Shown here: piece by piece, positions 47,401-60,780 of the stretch
Position numbering within the stretch: position 1 is the stretch's first letter
How the letters are laid out: the number at the start of each line of letters is the position of its first letter
Source of the DNA: Phallusia mammillata
Lineage: Eukaryota
NCBI GenBank assembly: GCA_965637545.1
Contig: OZ281500.1
Location: 21,328,001-21,392,000, forward strand
Reading direction: 5' to 3'
Length of the DNA stretch: 64,000 nucleotides
Position numbers and translations under genes: made by a program
The notes under the pieces: generated by a model
Told to the model about the DNA's origin: nothing
What the model saw: the letters and a program-made list of their open reading frames with translations, nothing else
The model's database searches: none

Positions 47401-50106
47401 CTACGCAAATTCCGTTTCGCGCTAACCCACGAAGTAAAGCGTGTTGATTTTAGAATACCCCACCTCTTGAGCGCTGATTGTTAGAGTTCAATATTTGTTG
47501 AGTGCATACGGCAATTTATTTAGCTGTGCGTCCATCAGCGAGTGAATGGCATTCCATTTACTTTGTGCCCATTCGTCAAAGAAGCGCTCTCTAGGCTCGG
47601 GGTTATCGTAAATGATGGATTATTTGACAGAAATATTGACGATAAGACAAAATCGAGATTTGTGCGTCGCCTATGACTGCCTGCGATGACGCATGGTTTA
47701 GGTACGTGGCGAATTGTGATTGGTCGAAATTTAATGACCTTGTTTTTAAAGCTGCAAGTCAATGTGTGAAGATTAATCCTCACATTTGACAAGCAACAAA
47801 GTCAGCTGATCTTCTTCCTTAGGGAAAACGAAATAATTAGTGGAAAACCATGTCATGTAAAATTGGATACTAATAATTACAGTACATTCCTGATCTGCAA
47901 ACTAAACAAATTCTCTAAAGATGAACAATAGAAGGTAATAAAGCAACTAAAAAATCGTACAACTTGACCACGCTGATAATGATTACATAGTTGCACCCGC
48001 TTTGCATTTGATGTGAGCACCAACGGCTTAACTTTACACTAACTCCACTGTTAGCAAACGCACTAAAACCCCAGAAAACGGGTCGTTAAGACTAAAGAAC
48101 ACTAACTACTTTGCTTACAGGTTTTGTAAGTTTAAAAGACACACAAGTCTCGCGCACTATCTAAGGTTTAAGCACTCCAACATGAACCACACGCGTGTTA
48201 TTTTTACCCGAGTAAAATATTGGGTTATAGCGGCCTATCTAGTACTAGTTAAAAACACTAAACAGTCCGAAAAAAATTAGGCCATAAAACAGTAAACCTC
48301 AAACCAAGGACTTAAACCCAACTACTAAGGAACCTAGTGGTACAAAAACCTTTCTTCACTGGTTAACCACCGAGCACCTTTCGGTAAAAAAAAAACTGAC
48401 ACAATCACTCTGTCCTTGCGTGAGCCTTACAATACAACTGAGGGCAACGGGACGCACCACTGGCTATAAATACTTGACGTCTCATAGCAATGAGGAGGTT
48501 CAACGAAAGGAGCGGAAGCCAGAGCTTTCCAAATTGACAATGAGTGGAGGTCGACACACAGAGGATCTCTGCACCTTTCCCTCGTTTCTCTCTTCAACAG
48601 CTCTGAGAGATGGCTTGACGACCGGCTGTCACGTAAAAAGCCGCGACATCAAATCGATACAATCATACGAGAGGAAGCGAATTTGGATGGATTTGTGTGC
48701 TGGTATATTTAACCTGACATTTCGGGAGATGGATAAGGTTGAAAATACCGTTTTTGCTGTCGTTTTTTAACGTGACCTGCTCCAATCAAACCCGAAATGC
48801 GTTAGGGAAAATGTGACGCGTTAGTATCAGTCATGTGATCAATGCTACGTGTTGCTATGATAACATGATTTTGCAACAATGCTTTTAAACATTTTGACAA
48901 AACTTAAAAAGGAAGGAAAAGTTACCAATGAAAAGGTATTTTACCTACCAATACTTTAAATGTAATTATAAAACAAACACATATGTTCCTGAGACCAAGC
49001 AGAATGTCCCAATTAATGGCCTAAATGTTCTTCAAGTGTGACCTAAACTGTTGCCATAAACAGCTCTTTTCATCACAACCTATAATCATCAAAGGGTCGT
49101 CTTAAAACACCCTTGCTTCCTGCTACATTCAAAAAACGCCCCTTCTATATTTTGTTGCAACTACTTACAAAGAAAACTTGGCCCGGTAATTCACGCTTAC
49201 CGAACCACTGGATAAGAAAATTGAACGCACCGAAAAAGCGCCCAGACCTTATGATTTGGCGCCGAATAATTAAGGATTTATATCCGTAACTTCCATACGG
49301 CCGGGGCGGTACTCGCGATAAACGGAATAAATTGGCTAAAAAGTGGGGTTGGGCCCTTGCTGGTCGAACCCAACAATTATGCTGTAACTCGTCGCCTTTT
49401 ACTCTTCACGCAAATCAAATTATCCATTCATAAATTAGGCACGCAGAGGAAAGAAAAGAACTATAGATATAAGTGTAAGGCCAGTGTACTTTTCACGCCT
49501 TAAGCGTGACCGTCCACTGGTAATTAGACGCGGATTTCTGGGTGTACAAGATAATTAGGTGGGTGGGTTTGTGATGTGGGTAAACAGGTGGAGCTACACG
49601 ACTCGTAGGTGCGCGGTGTGAGGGGGTGAAGACCCACTGGGTCATCAAAGGGCTTGTGATATTTGTTTTGAGTTATTAGTCCAATTACCTTTTCCGCAAT
49701 GCTTTTATTGCACCATTTTGCGTGTTAGTTTTAGTATAAGGCGAAAACTTCAAAGCAACGGATGTTTTTATGTTGTTGTTTGATCGACATAAGTGCGATT
49801 TTTTTCAAGTTGCGCATTAAGACAATCTTTAACATAAAAGAAGAATCCTTTCGATAGAAAATGTTCCCAGCTTGAACAACACTTTGTGACACTTATTGCA
49901 TATAACCCGCAGCGTATATTGAAAGGCCTGGTATCATTCATTTAATTAGGTCAGTAGTTCGTGAATTAGTTGGACGTATTACACCCGTTAGTGTCACCTG
50001 TACACCCGTTAGTGTCAACTTTACTGAGTAAACACAAATATGTGTAGTTTTCTAGAGTCCCAACAATGGACCAACGGAACATGTTAGTGCACCAAGTGGG
50101 ATCGCG

Positions 50107-50390
50107 AACCACAGGACAGCGGTTTTTAACCTGGGAGCAAAAAAGGGTGCGAAAATGCTGAATCATTACATTTACAAAAGATTAGTTACTATATATCATT
50201 AAGGCAACAAAGAAAAAGCTTAAGAATCACTGCAAAGGTAGGTGTTTTAAACAGATAAGTGAACCAATTTCGGTAGTGAACCACAGGACAGTGTTTTTTC
50301 ACGTAGTACCTATCCCAAAGGGGTGCAAAAATACTCATTGATTTAAGGGAACAACAAAAAATACATCGAAAAAAGTTAAGCATTACTGCT
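50107..50390. repeat. Degenerate tandem duplication (~170-bp period) of hAT-like left ends
   Basis: gaaccacaggacagcggtttttaacc...agggtgcgaaaat versus gaaccacaggacagtgttttttcac...ggggtgcaaaaat. Confidence 0.5.
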
Positions 50391-53300
50391 GTGTTTAAAA
50401 CTACACATCTGTTTAATAACCTCGAATTAAATTACATCATTGGACACCATTTGAGGCTTAAACAATTACGCCCTAACTGTCACAACAAACTGAACACTTT
50501 CATCCCAACACATCCTATTGCTTTCTGCCGAAGTTAGTGATGTTTAAGGGGGGAGGGACCGCGGGCAGCTGTTAAGTGGGAAGTTGTCACTCTTGTTCGA
50601 GTCAGAAGCAATGAGGCGACGAGTAAAAGGTGCCGGAGGCTTTCCGGTGGCCGGACGAAGCGGGTACTTCAGTTAGTCTCCATCAATCAAGCATGACCGA
50701 CAGGACGTAGCTTCAGACTGGTCATGGATTGGACAGGTGATATGCCATTGACTGGCAAGCGCAAACCGAAAAAAAGACCCAATAGATGTTTTAAATGTCC
50801 GAAAAGGGATTTGTATTACCTTTTATTTATTTATATTAACAGTGTGTTGAGCGTTTTTGGTTTGTAGACAACCCAGCAAAAGACTGAGTTATACATGTTA
50901 CATTCACATCAAACAACTCAACTGGTTGTAATCCTGAAATAATACTTGCGTTTCCTGCGAAATATAGAACAACTTTTAAACGTATCAGGTTTGGTACGAC
51001 AAACGCATGTCTTTACAATAGCTACAACATAATTTGTTGGAAAAAAAATGAAAAAGGCCAACAGATGTTTTTATACAACATGCTGGCTTTGGTACTAAAG
51101 AAACGTACTTCACGCTTTGTTTAACACGCCAAAAAAGATTTGTGTTACCATCAGTCGCAATGTTACATTAAAAAATACAGCGATGTTTTATTGGAGTATG
51201 GCATTACAATGGAAAATTGGAGTCAGGTCTAAAGTCCGGTTCAATACTGAGCAAAACCTTTGCTTTTAAATAGCATAATATTTAGATTTCAAATTTCAGT
51301 CATAGATCTAAAAACGCCAAGGTATCGACCGAACAAACGAAAATCGCGAAAGCATATTCCAATATTACGAGCCGCGTTGCCAAAACGAATGACGCAACGG
51401 CAAATAAACGAAGAGGGTATAATCGATACAGAGGGCTAAAAATTTTCCACTTTCCTTGTGTATGGTTTTAAGTACCCCAAAGATATTCGTTTCTGACTTT
51501 CTGCAAAGTAGACCATTAAAAACGGGCGCGGGGCAATTTTCTATGTCCGATCTTAGGCTAATCACTACTTAAATGGCAATTACGGGAAGGCAGAGTAAAG
51601 TGCTGTACTTAAGATCTATAACACTGTCAATGACTGAGCAGGAGCCCATTTGCAAATAGCTGATATTGATATCCGATGGGGCCTTCATCATTGTAAACAT
51701 GCTCAGTGCGCTTGCGTAGCTACGGCAATTAACCGCGCCAGGAGGCCAAGTCGCACTTAGGGCAGACGGAAATTTGCAATGACTTCAAACAAGAGGTTAG
51801 GTAATAAACACATCGGTTCCTGCATCGTGTGTTATTAACTATATCAGATCAAAGATCGTATACCTGTGAACTTGCAAACCTTAAATAGATGTGGAGTTCA
51901 TTTCTTAGGCACAACTAGGAAAGATGATTGAAACAAATCGTTCTGTTGTAAACAAGATATTTCTAATGACCATTAACAGGCTTCTAAGTTATGGTTTAAA
52001 CTTAAAGTAACCCCAAAAAGATAAATTTGAAAATAAAAGAGCAAAAACAGTTTTAAAAATAAAATAAGATCAGTTTTTAGTCAAAAAAGCCTTTGTCCAA
52101 ACACGTTAAAAACCAACAAAACTTTACAAACACAGTTTTATCTAACATGTTTGTATTGTGGGGAATAAACAATGTGCGTATTTTTCTCCTTGCAAAGTCA
52201 GCAGTAAAAGTTATTAATATTCCCACACAGCAAAACCTAAGCTTAGCCACAAACTCTACTCCAAGCGAGCGCCACATCAAAATTAAGTCAAACTGGAATC
52301 GGAAACAACAAGATCATCTTCGAGGCCACCCACCGATTTGCTGGAAACAGTTAAGACTGCTATAGTTAATATACGACGGCTTGTGGGAAATTGCTTAAGG
52401 CTTACTATGTCGTTAACAGCTAACCGCACCAGGCCGTCATGTTACATTCTCGAGGACATACAAGATTTTTGAAACACCGCGAAACGCATAAGGTTGTGTA
52501 TTTTGAGATGACTGGGAAACGACTATGGTGGTTTGGAATTAAACGGACCACCATGGTTGAACTGGTTTTCTAATGGGGACAAAACGTTTTTTTGCGACAA
52601 GGTTTGAACGTTCATTCTCAACATAACGTGAAAACAGACTTGTTATTGCAACAATTTGGTATTAGAATTGGTTGCACACAATAAACAGACGATATGTCCC
52701 CATTTCTTTTAACTTCTACTTGGCTTTTAATCTAGTTTGCAAGCTTATATGGTTTTGATTAGTATTTAGTAATGACAAAATATAGAAAGAAACGCCATGT
52801 TTACCTAAATATATTGGCTTGTTTGTTAGTGATGGAAATTTTGCAATAATGGACAGTATACTGCACAAGTTTTAACTGGCCCAAAATACAACTGTGCATA
52901 GTGTATTAAAGTTCATACGAGTTCACAATTGGTATGCTTATCCGCCACCAACACACCGCAAGAGCTCGGAAAACAAAATTTCGACTTTCAATTTCGCAAT
53001 TTACGTCTTCTCTTTTACCACCTACAAATTTGCAACCTCCGCCAAAGCCAGATCACAGATCGCAAACTTATTTCACGACAAGTGGAAGTCGGGCCAATGT
53101 CACGGTCAAATCGATAATCTGAACCAATTGAAACTCAAGTCAAAGTTCATAGGTGAATCGGTGCCTCTCGACACGGCAGTCAGTCAGTCAGCACGTCCCA
53201 TGAGCGCGGGGTTGAGACGTTTAGACAGGTGTTTGACGGGGCTGGGCTCAAACGAGGTCGTGGGGAAAAGTAGCGGAAGGAATCGATCAATTTTAAAGTA

Positions 53301-53720
53301 GTTTGAGTGAATTGAAAAGGGGATAAATGGGCCCGGCGACGCTATATTATGACGTATTGACGGCGATTCGGAAACGCGGGTCACGCCAGAGCGGGTAGGA
53401 TTACCGGTAAAATATAAACGAGATGCAGACGGATGAATTGGATAGGATTGAATGGTTTAATGCTGGTTTTGTTTGTGGTTAATGTAGTATTAAGTTGTTA
53501 GCAGTTTTCCCGCTTTTTTTCAAACTGCAAATGAAAACGAGTGTTCAAAAATCCTGGCACAAAATTGTAGTGTGCTACCTTCAACTATGATGCTCTAATT
53601 TGTTTTGCACATTTCAACGTCGGTTATTTATGATAAAACTGCTGGAAGAGCAATACTAGTGTATACATTATGCCTGGCAGCAACAGCTGATTTAACAAAA
53701 GTTGTATGTTTGTATGACAG

Positions 53721-53922
53721 TTTATTGGCCAAGACTTGTTTTTTTGGACACAAACGTTGCTTTTTTTCTTAGTTTAGACAACAAACGGGGGTATTTCAAC
53801 CAATCGCAACGTTGTATATTTGGGTTTGAGTAATCATTTATTGGACAAGACCTGTTTTTGGGGCACAAACGTTTCGTTGCCCATTTTTTACACAGCAAAC
53901 GTGGGTAATTCAAACCAATCGC
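53721..53922. repeat. Tandem duplication, ~116-bp period
   Basis: tttattgg.caagac.tgtttttgg..acaaacgtt...caaacg.gggta.ttcaa.ccaatcgca occurs twice. Confidence 0.75.
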
Positions 53923-54633
53923 AGAGCCCAAATCAAATGAGTAAAAATACACAAATCGCCTTGTGTGTGTTGGCTCAATAAATTCTCCTTCATAATGTAA
54001 CTCGACGTCTATAGGCAACGCAACATTGTTACAACTTCCAGTTGCCTGTAAAGCCCCTTTGTTCGATTCTTCCTGTTACAAACAATCCGACTCTAACACA
54101 CAGAGGTCCAGTCACAGTGCTCGCCGCGAAACCAACAAAGGGAGCACTTATGTCCGGACAGTCTTTTTGCTTGACTCGTGCGCGCGACGGTTCTTATGTC
54201 TCAATTCGATTCTCGACCGGATATTTCGAAATTGCGACGGGCGTCCGCTCAATGAAAGTAGAAAGCACCTCCCAAGTGAATAGACACTCCCTGGGGTTCA
54301 AATGAGTTCAGACGCGAGACGAGGATTTGCTCAAGGCGTGGTAAGAATGCGATGGAAAACCCTAACGTGAGGAAAACTGGTTAATTAGCATAAGCAAACA
54401 ATGCAAGTGTGATAATGAACTTTTTACAGACATGGTACTATTTTTATCCATATTTGGAAACTCTATGTTAGTCAAAATACCTCTAAACAGTTAAAACTCC
54501 ATAATAACACTTAAATGCAACGAAAAGAAAATCATGTTGCTTCAGCTACTCAACACACATACACTGTACCTGCAGTAAGACCGATAAAAAACGCGTTGAT
54601 TTGCTGGAAAATGTAATAACGAATATACACAAC

Positions 54634-55317
54634 CAGTGTTTTTTTAAGGTGTTTTCGGGGACCGAAAAATTTGGCATATAAACGTTTAAAAAAATGTCAC
54701 CATATCTCGTAGCTCTAATATACCAAAACGGGAAAATAAATAAACGGGAACGGGAAAATCCAGTACGAGTATTTGTCTAAGAGTTACTTAACTTTATATC
54801 CTAGACCAGTGGTTCTCAACCTTTTTTCTTTTGTCGCCTACTTTCATTGCACAAAAATTTTGTGGCCCAATAATTCAAATTAATTTACATTACTTCTCAA
54901 TTCCTCCCCAAGCCATTATTCTTGTAAAATTGAGTGTAGTGACACAAATGAAAATTCTTAAAAAAGCTTTGCTAATGATTGGTCTGTGGCCCAATCAAAA
55001 TGCTTCCATGGCCCACTGGTTGAGAACCGCTGTCCTAGACTGTTGCCCTAAAATAAAAACTCGAGCTAAAATAATGACAGAAACTGCCCAAAAGATAGGT
55101 ATCAGTACCTCGTTGATCTATATAAAGATCGAAAATAGAATATATCAATCCACGTAACCAGTGTTTTTTAAGGTGTTTTGGTCCCCCAAATTTCTCCAGC
55201 GGTTTCCCAAAATTTGGACTTGCAACTGCAACTACAGTTTTTGGTATTTAAATGAAACACTTGCGGTCTCTTAAAACTACTTAGCGGTCACCCAAACCAA
55301 ACCTTAAAAAAAACCTG
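54634..55317 (+). mobile_element. Composite hAT-type element with an internal second left end (55159) and a nested MITE
   Basis: Left end CAGTGTTTTTTTAAGGT, right end ACCTTAAAAAAAACCTG. Perfect TSD TACACAAC (54626-54633, 55318-55325). Confidence 0.8.
54807..55032. mobile_element. hAT MITE nested in the composite element
   Basis: CAGTGGTTCTCAACC / GGTTGAGAACCGCTG. Perfect TSD TCCTAGAC. Confidence 0.9.
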
Positions 55318-56241
55318 TACACAACCATTACCATGCCTGAACAACCACGTAAATCTTGTAAGCTAACCTAAATCTTGTATTCAACTTCAAGGACAAACCC
55401 CCTTACCTTTGCTAAAAAACGGGGTAACAAAAATACACAAGCATCACTATGCCTAAAGAACCAGGCAAATTTAGGAATTACCTAAATCTTGTATTCACTT
55501 TTTAAATCACAAAAACGCCATCTTGCCTACCAACTACGAAACCGACAAGGTATTTCGTCACATCTTGAAACGACTCTTGCGGTTTTAAGGCGGACGATAA
55601 CGCCTCGCATTTCCATTCACGTTTCTACACGTTCAATTAAATCGTTTATCAAAAAATTCCGGTGGCTGATAACTATGCGTTTGAAGTGGTTAGCGTGATG
55701 AACAGTCATTAGATGGACAAAACACTACCATCACTGGCCAGATATTCCAAATATTTGGACGCTTTATTAGGTTATCTGGTGTCTGAAGTTGTTTGAACAA
55801 CAAGGTGAAATTATTTGGACTACGCCATCTTTGTTTCACGACTTCAAGAATTACGGACAAGGCATTAGACATTGTTTAATTTTTACGTTACCAATGTGGT
55901 TTAGAAATGTACCAATTTGTGTGAATATTTATTCGGTTTGCAACCTTATAACAAAGTGATCGGTAATACAGAACTGATTTGGTTGGTAGAATCAATGAGA
56001 CTTGTAATAAGTTCTAACGAGTGTTTATAAGGTCTAAAAACCATGATGAATTCATTGGAAGCAATAATTACGGATTAAAACTAAACCATACCCTGCTTAC
56101 CAATCTGAAACTACACGCAAGTATGGTAAAAAAATGGAGATTAACAGAAGATGTAAGGCATTTTAACAAATGACAATATTGCGGACAAAAAAATGAATTA
56201 ATGTACACCACATACGGGTAAAAACGTACTGTAAAAAGTGC

Positions 56242-56393
56242 CAGTGTTTTTTTTAAGGTGTTAATTTCTCCTTTAATTTCTCCAGCGGTTTCCCAAAATT
56301 TGGATTTGGCTATTTTTTGGTATTTAAATGAAACACTTGCGGTCTCTTAAAACTACTTAGCGGTCACCCAAACCAAACCTTAAAAAAAACCTG
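56242..56393 (+). mobile_element. 152-bp mini-element corresponding to 55159-55317
   Basis: Same termini. Near-identical 3' ~80 bp. Perfect TSD AAAAGTGC (56234-56241, 56394-56401). Confidence 0.88.
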
Positions 56394-58010
56394 AAAAGTG
56401 CAATAGCATTTCAAAGATAAACCAGCAACCCCAATCCACTTTTATTGGACCTGCCACGAACTATTACAAATCTCAATATCCGATAAATGTAGCAATTTGT
56501 GGGAAAGATTTAAGTTACGTAACGTAGACTCCAAAAATAATTTAATTGGAAATCTACCGGTAGTTTAGTAATTAAGCTATCACGAACGCTACTAATTGAT
56601 TTTTGGTTACTCTGAACAGGAGTGATGTAATCCTATATCCACCGACGTCCATTTCACGTAGCTGATGTCATACGCGGATGCGATCATTTAATAAGTACAA
56701 GGAAATTAAATTGAGAAATTAATTGGTTTGTTCGTGTGGGGTTAGGAGCGGTGTGTTTCAATTACAAAAACATTTATATAAACCACCCGTGGTAGTGTTA
56801 GGGTTTAATATACTGTTAGTAAACATCAATAAATGTGGTGGTACGTGGAGGTGTTACAAACAGTTTTGACCACTTGTTTATCAATGTCATTAAATAGTTA
56901 AATCAAATTTACTAAACGTACACTTACGCATGTTGAAACACTTATAACATTTTCGGGGTCTGTGGTTGAACCGAAGGGTCAAATTGTACAGAAATCAACT
57001 ATAGTTTCGTTTGTCTCATGTGTGTAAATTTCAATAGGTTTGAAGCACTTTTCAACAAACTGGAGACAAATAAAAGAAAAAAATTCGGACGAAAACAATG
57101 TGTCACTGGCAAATATGTTTCGACTAGTTACCGCAATATTATTTCTCAAAAGCCCCATTAAGGCGTTTTTGTTCCAGAACGGAACTGAAAGCTCAAAATG
57201 TCACGTAAATCCGGATACAGCAAAACTGCAACATTATACACACTCGCACTGGGAACTAATCGCTTGTTCGATCTCAAAACCGTATAGGAAGCGACGACCT
57301 TCTCACCCACCCGCTGTGAAAATAAACAAACACGAAAAACCTGAAAAGCGCGTAAAAAATCGTCAAGTCAGCAAAAACAGACATGTGGTATATTACGGCA
57401 AAAGACATCTGCGTGACATGCGAGATTGCCTGCGCGTGCTACGGGCTCCGTGAAATTATTCATCGCAGCATAGGGAGAGGTCGAGTTCGAGACTTGCTCT
57501 TGGGCTGAGTAGAGCAATTGTGCTTCGCGGTGAAACTAATGTTTATCCGGCTGGCGGATATTAGAACGGAGATGATAATGCGGCTTCGCGCGCGGCGACG
57601 CTGTTCCCTTGTACAAACACACGGACGCCTATTTCTACTTTCAAACGCGCGGATCTTGGCACATCTGGCCCTTTTACCTCGGCGCGCGTTTACGGTACGG
57701 GCTGTCCACATAAATTTGTAATGGTTTATAATAATGATGCTGGAATTTTATATCTTTGCGCTACAAGCACGCCTTAAAAAGGGTTGAAGCCAAGATTCAA
57801 ACAACATTATTTGCATACAAACGCCCAACAAAATTTTTAAAACTCGCTAAACATACAAAAAACTAAACATCAACGAGATATAATCGCTTTTCAAAACTCT
57901 CGGAAAAAGATTGAGTGACACAAATGTTCTAAAAAGGTACTAAACCATGGTTTAATTAAGGCGGTACACCAATAAAAAAAATGTTTTAATTCCGATTGTA
58001 AACGCTTCAC

Positions 58011-58055
58011 ACTTCCTGACTACATCCCATGACGTCACTCTCAGATGTGACGTCA
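58011..58055. promoter_or_regulatory. Candidate enhancer: ETS site plus two full CRE palindromes
   Basis: ACTTCCTG 58011-58018; TGACGTCA 58030-58037 and 58048-58055. Confidence 0.4.
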
Positions 58056-60780
58056 TAAAGGCTTGGCCCGCCTCGAGATTGCGTAATCGTAAGTGAAGTC
58101 CCGTCGGCGCCAATCCGGGAGTACAACGTCCGTTAATTTGTTTGTTTATCCGGGGGCCGAAAGCCGTCTTGGCGCGAATTAGCGATGTTGGGATCAGTGG
58201 CGGAAAATTGTCGGGCTCAAGTCGTAACAAGGAGATTACAAAATGTAACCGGCCGAGTTTAGAAGCGTTAATCACCGCCGTTCGACGATGTTCCCGTCAA
58301 AGCGAGGGCGAACGTGTTTGTTTGATTGCAGGGGTCGTGGACAATTACTTATTGGCGAAATTATGAGTTGGAATGTAATAGTAAGGGCGAGAAGCGCCGG
58401 AATGGGGTTTGATACATAGCGTTTGACGCCATATGTGCCCGTTATTGCAATAATTGTTGTTTCATTCCCACGATTAGGGAAGGAATGTACGGCAATATAA
58501 TTTTTTACTGTGTTTCCCAACGGTGTGATTATTAACTGTTGAAAAGTATGGGAAATTCTTGAAAGACATCAGGAAAAAAATCTTTACAAGACTGTCACCA
58601 ACTAAGAGAAATATGTCTTAAAATTTCATAAATCCTCTTGAGTCAGCCAATAAAATACAGTTGTAACTTGATGATAACCCTTCCTTGTGTATTAAAATTG
58701 TGATAAATGAGCAAAAAGTCCTTAAAACCACACAAAACATGCAAAGGGAAGTAAACTACCAAACAAATAATTTTTTGTTGCGCATCAACACATGTACCAT
58801 ATATTTTTTTGGCCATTTGGGTAAATACTGCAATCACAGTGAACAGGTCTTAAAGCTACCAAGTGGACTCGTGACTGCATAAACGGGAGTCTAAGAAAAA
58901 TGCAAGCATGATTATCACGTGATTTCGTCCTTATCATTTAGCGCAAGTGAATGGACCAACCGTTTCTTGCTGGGAAACTGCATAGAAAACTGTTCCCACG
59001 AAATGAAAATGAATTTAGGTCACATACACCAATGATATGCTTTGTTATAACTAGTGGTTGACAAAAATACAAACAGCTATTTTGATATTAACGTTTGTGG
59101 TGAAACCGCATTGTATTATTATTTTACAATGGAAGGATAGGCCTAATACGAAAAGACTGTTCAAAAGCCAACATTATGGGTTTTGAATATCAATAGTTAA
59201 AAATAAACTTTGCACGCAAAAAGTATAATATAATATAGTATAAACTAAATCACAACATTTTACTGGTATAAAGTTGTAACAGATATATATATGTATACGC
59301 CCCCATATAAATATTTTTGATCCTAAAAACCGTAGTTCTTAACTCAAGATCTTGACAATAATTATGTTGAGCTTTTAACAGACATTAAGAATACCAACTA
59401 TCAGCAACATATTTTCACTAAAGCTTAAATGCTTACAATAACCAAAGACGCCCGGCAACAGCATTTATTTGACTCATGAATAGTTCAACAAAAACCAATT
59501 TAAAATCAAGTTTTGTTACACTTAGAAACAACTCATAACATTAGACCACAATTATGTAAACCAAGAAATCACAAATAAACGGCCCAAAATGATTTTAATT
59601 TTAACCCCGTCAAGGCCAATAGCAAAAAGACCTAAGCATGAACTGGCGAACGTTTTTTGATTGACAGGTCGGCAGCGTCACGTCTAGATACAATCCAACT
59701 TCTCAATCATGTATAAAAACCCACATGTAGACTTAAACCCAAACATTACAGCTTAGCGCTTATCTTTAGGCGACGAACTAGGAAAGCTTACATAAAATCT
59801 ATTAAAAGGTCATCTTCTCCGCGGGTACGTTTCAGTGGCGGCTCGGGTTCCAACAAATTGTGTAAATCTCAAGACATTTCCGCGCAGGGTCAACTGTGTT
59901 CAATGTATTTATTGCAGTTTAAACCAGGAAACACCAAAGTATACTGCATGGTGCAAGTATTTTTATGAGTGTCGACAGTTAGACTCTGATTATAACGCAG
60001 AGTCTACGGTTTTACGAGAGAAACAAATTTAAACTGGATATTATGTCGTGTAAAATAAAATTGAATATCTTGAAATGCAATATTTCTAACCACAACTAAT
60101 GCTGTGCCTTAAAAAATGTATTTTCACAGACCTTATAACCCACGACAAGGCGTTGTTGCATTCATTTCATTCTTGTGCAATGACTCTTTAACTTTTTTAC
60201 ACTTGCCTCTACAAGCAGAAACGCATGGGTCCCGTTTAAAACTAAAAACCAAAAAAATGAAAATACATTTAAGAACGGTTTTAAAAATGTAACGACAGTT
60301 ATGTAAATAATGTATTTAGAACATTACTAACATGTTTTATACATCAAAGAATTGATTAAATCGCTTTAAAATGATATCCAACACGCAGAAAAAAGCTAAA
60401 AGATAATTGAGTTGAAATTTTGCTGAGTTGACTTTGTGTCCACCCTTCCCGACCTCAAAAAACGGAACCGCGTTCGGAAATATGCGGCCGTTGCGACATG
60501 AAGGGTCGTTGCGCAAGACGCAAGGTTGCTTGCCGTGTAGCCCAGAGGACAACACCCTGATTAAATCGATAAGACCTTCCGCTATGCGGCCAGGCATCGG
60601 TAAAGATGTGGGAGATTTCAACACACTTGTCACCGGTTCAACGCGCGGCCTATGGCGTTCTAAAACCTGCGATTCCTTGGCGTGACGCATGGCGCAAAAA
60701 GTCGACATTCTTGCGTCATACCGCGTCGCTCAAAGTGACCTTCGTTCCGAACTCCGGCGACCCTTGCGAGTCATATTAAG

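Noticed and set aside
50724-50870. Short ORF MDWTGDMPLTGKRKPKKRPNRCFKCPKRD..., reminiscent of the start of an AN1 zinc finger or zinc knuckle
   Set aside because: The remaining Cys/His ligands are absent and there are no convincing splice sites or partner exons.
58367-58380. TGGAATGTAA, resembling the 5' end of miR-1
   Set aside because: Only 10 nt match, the 3' part diverges, and no hairpin is evident.
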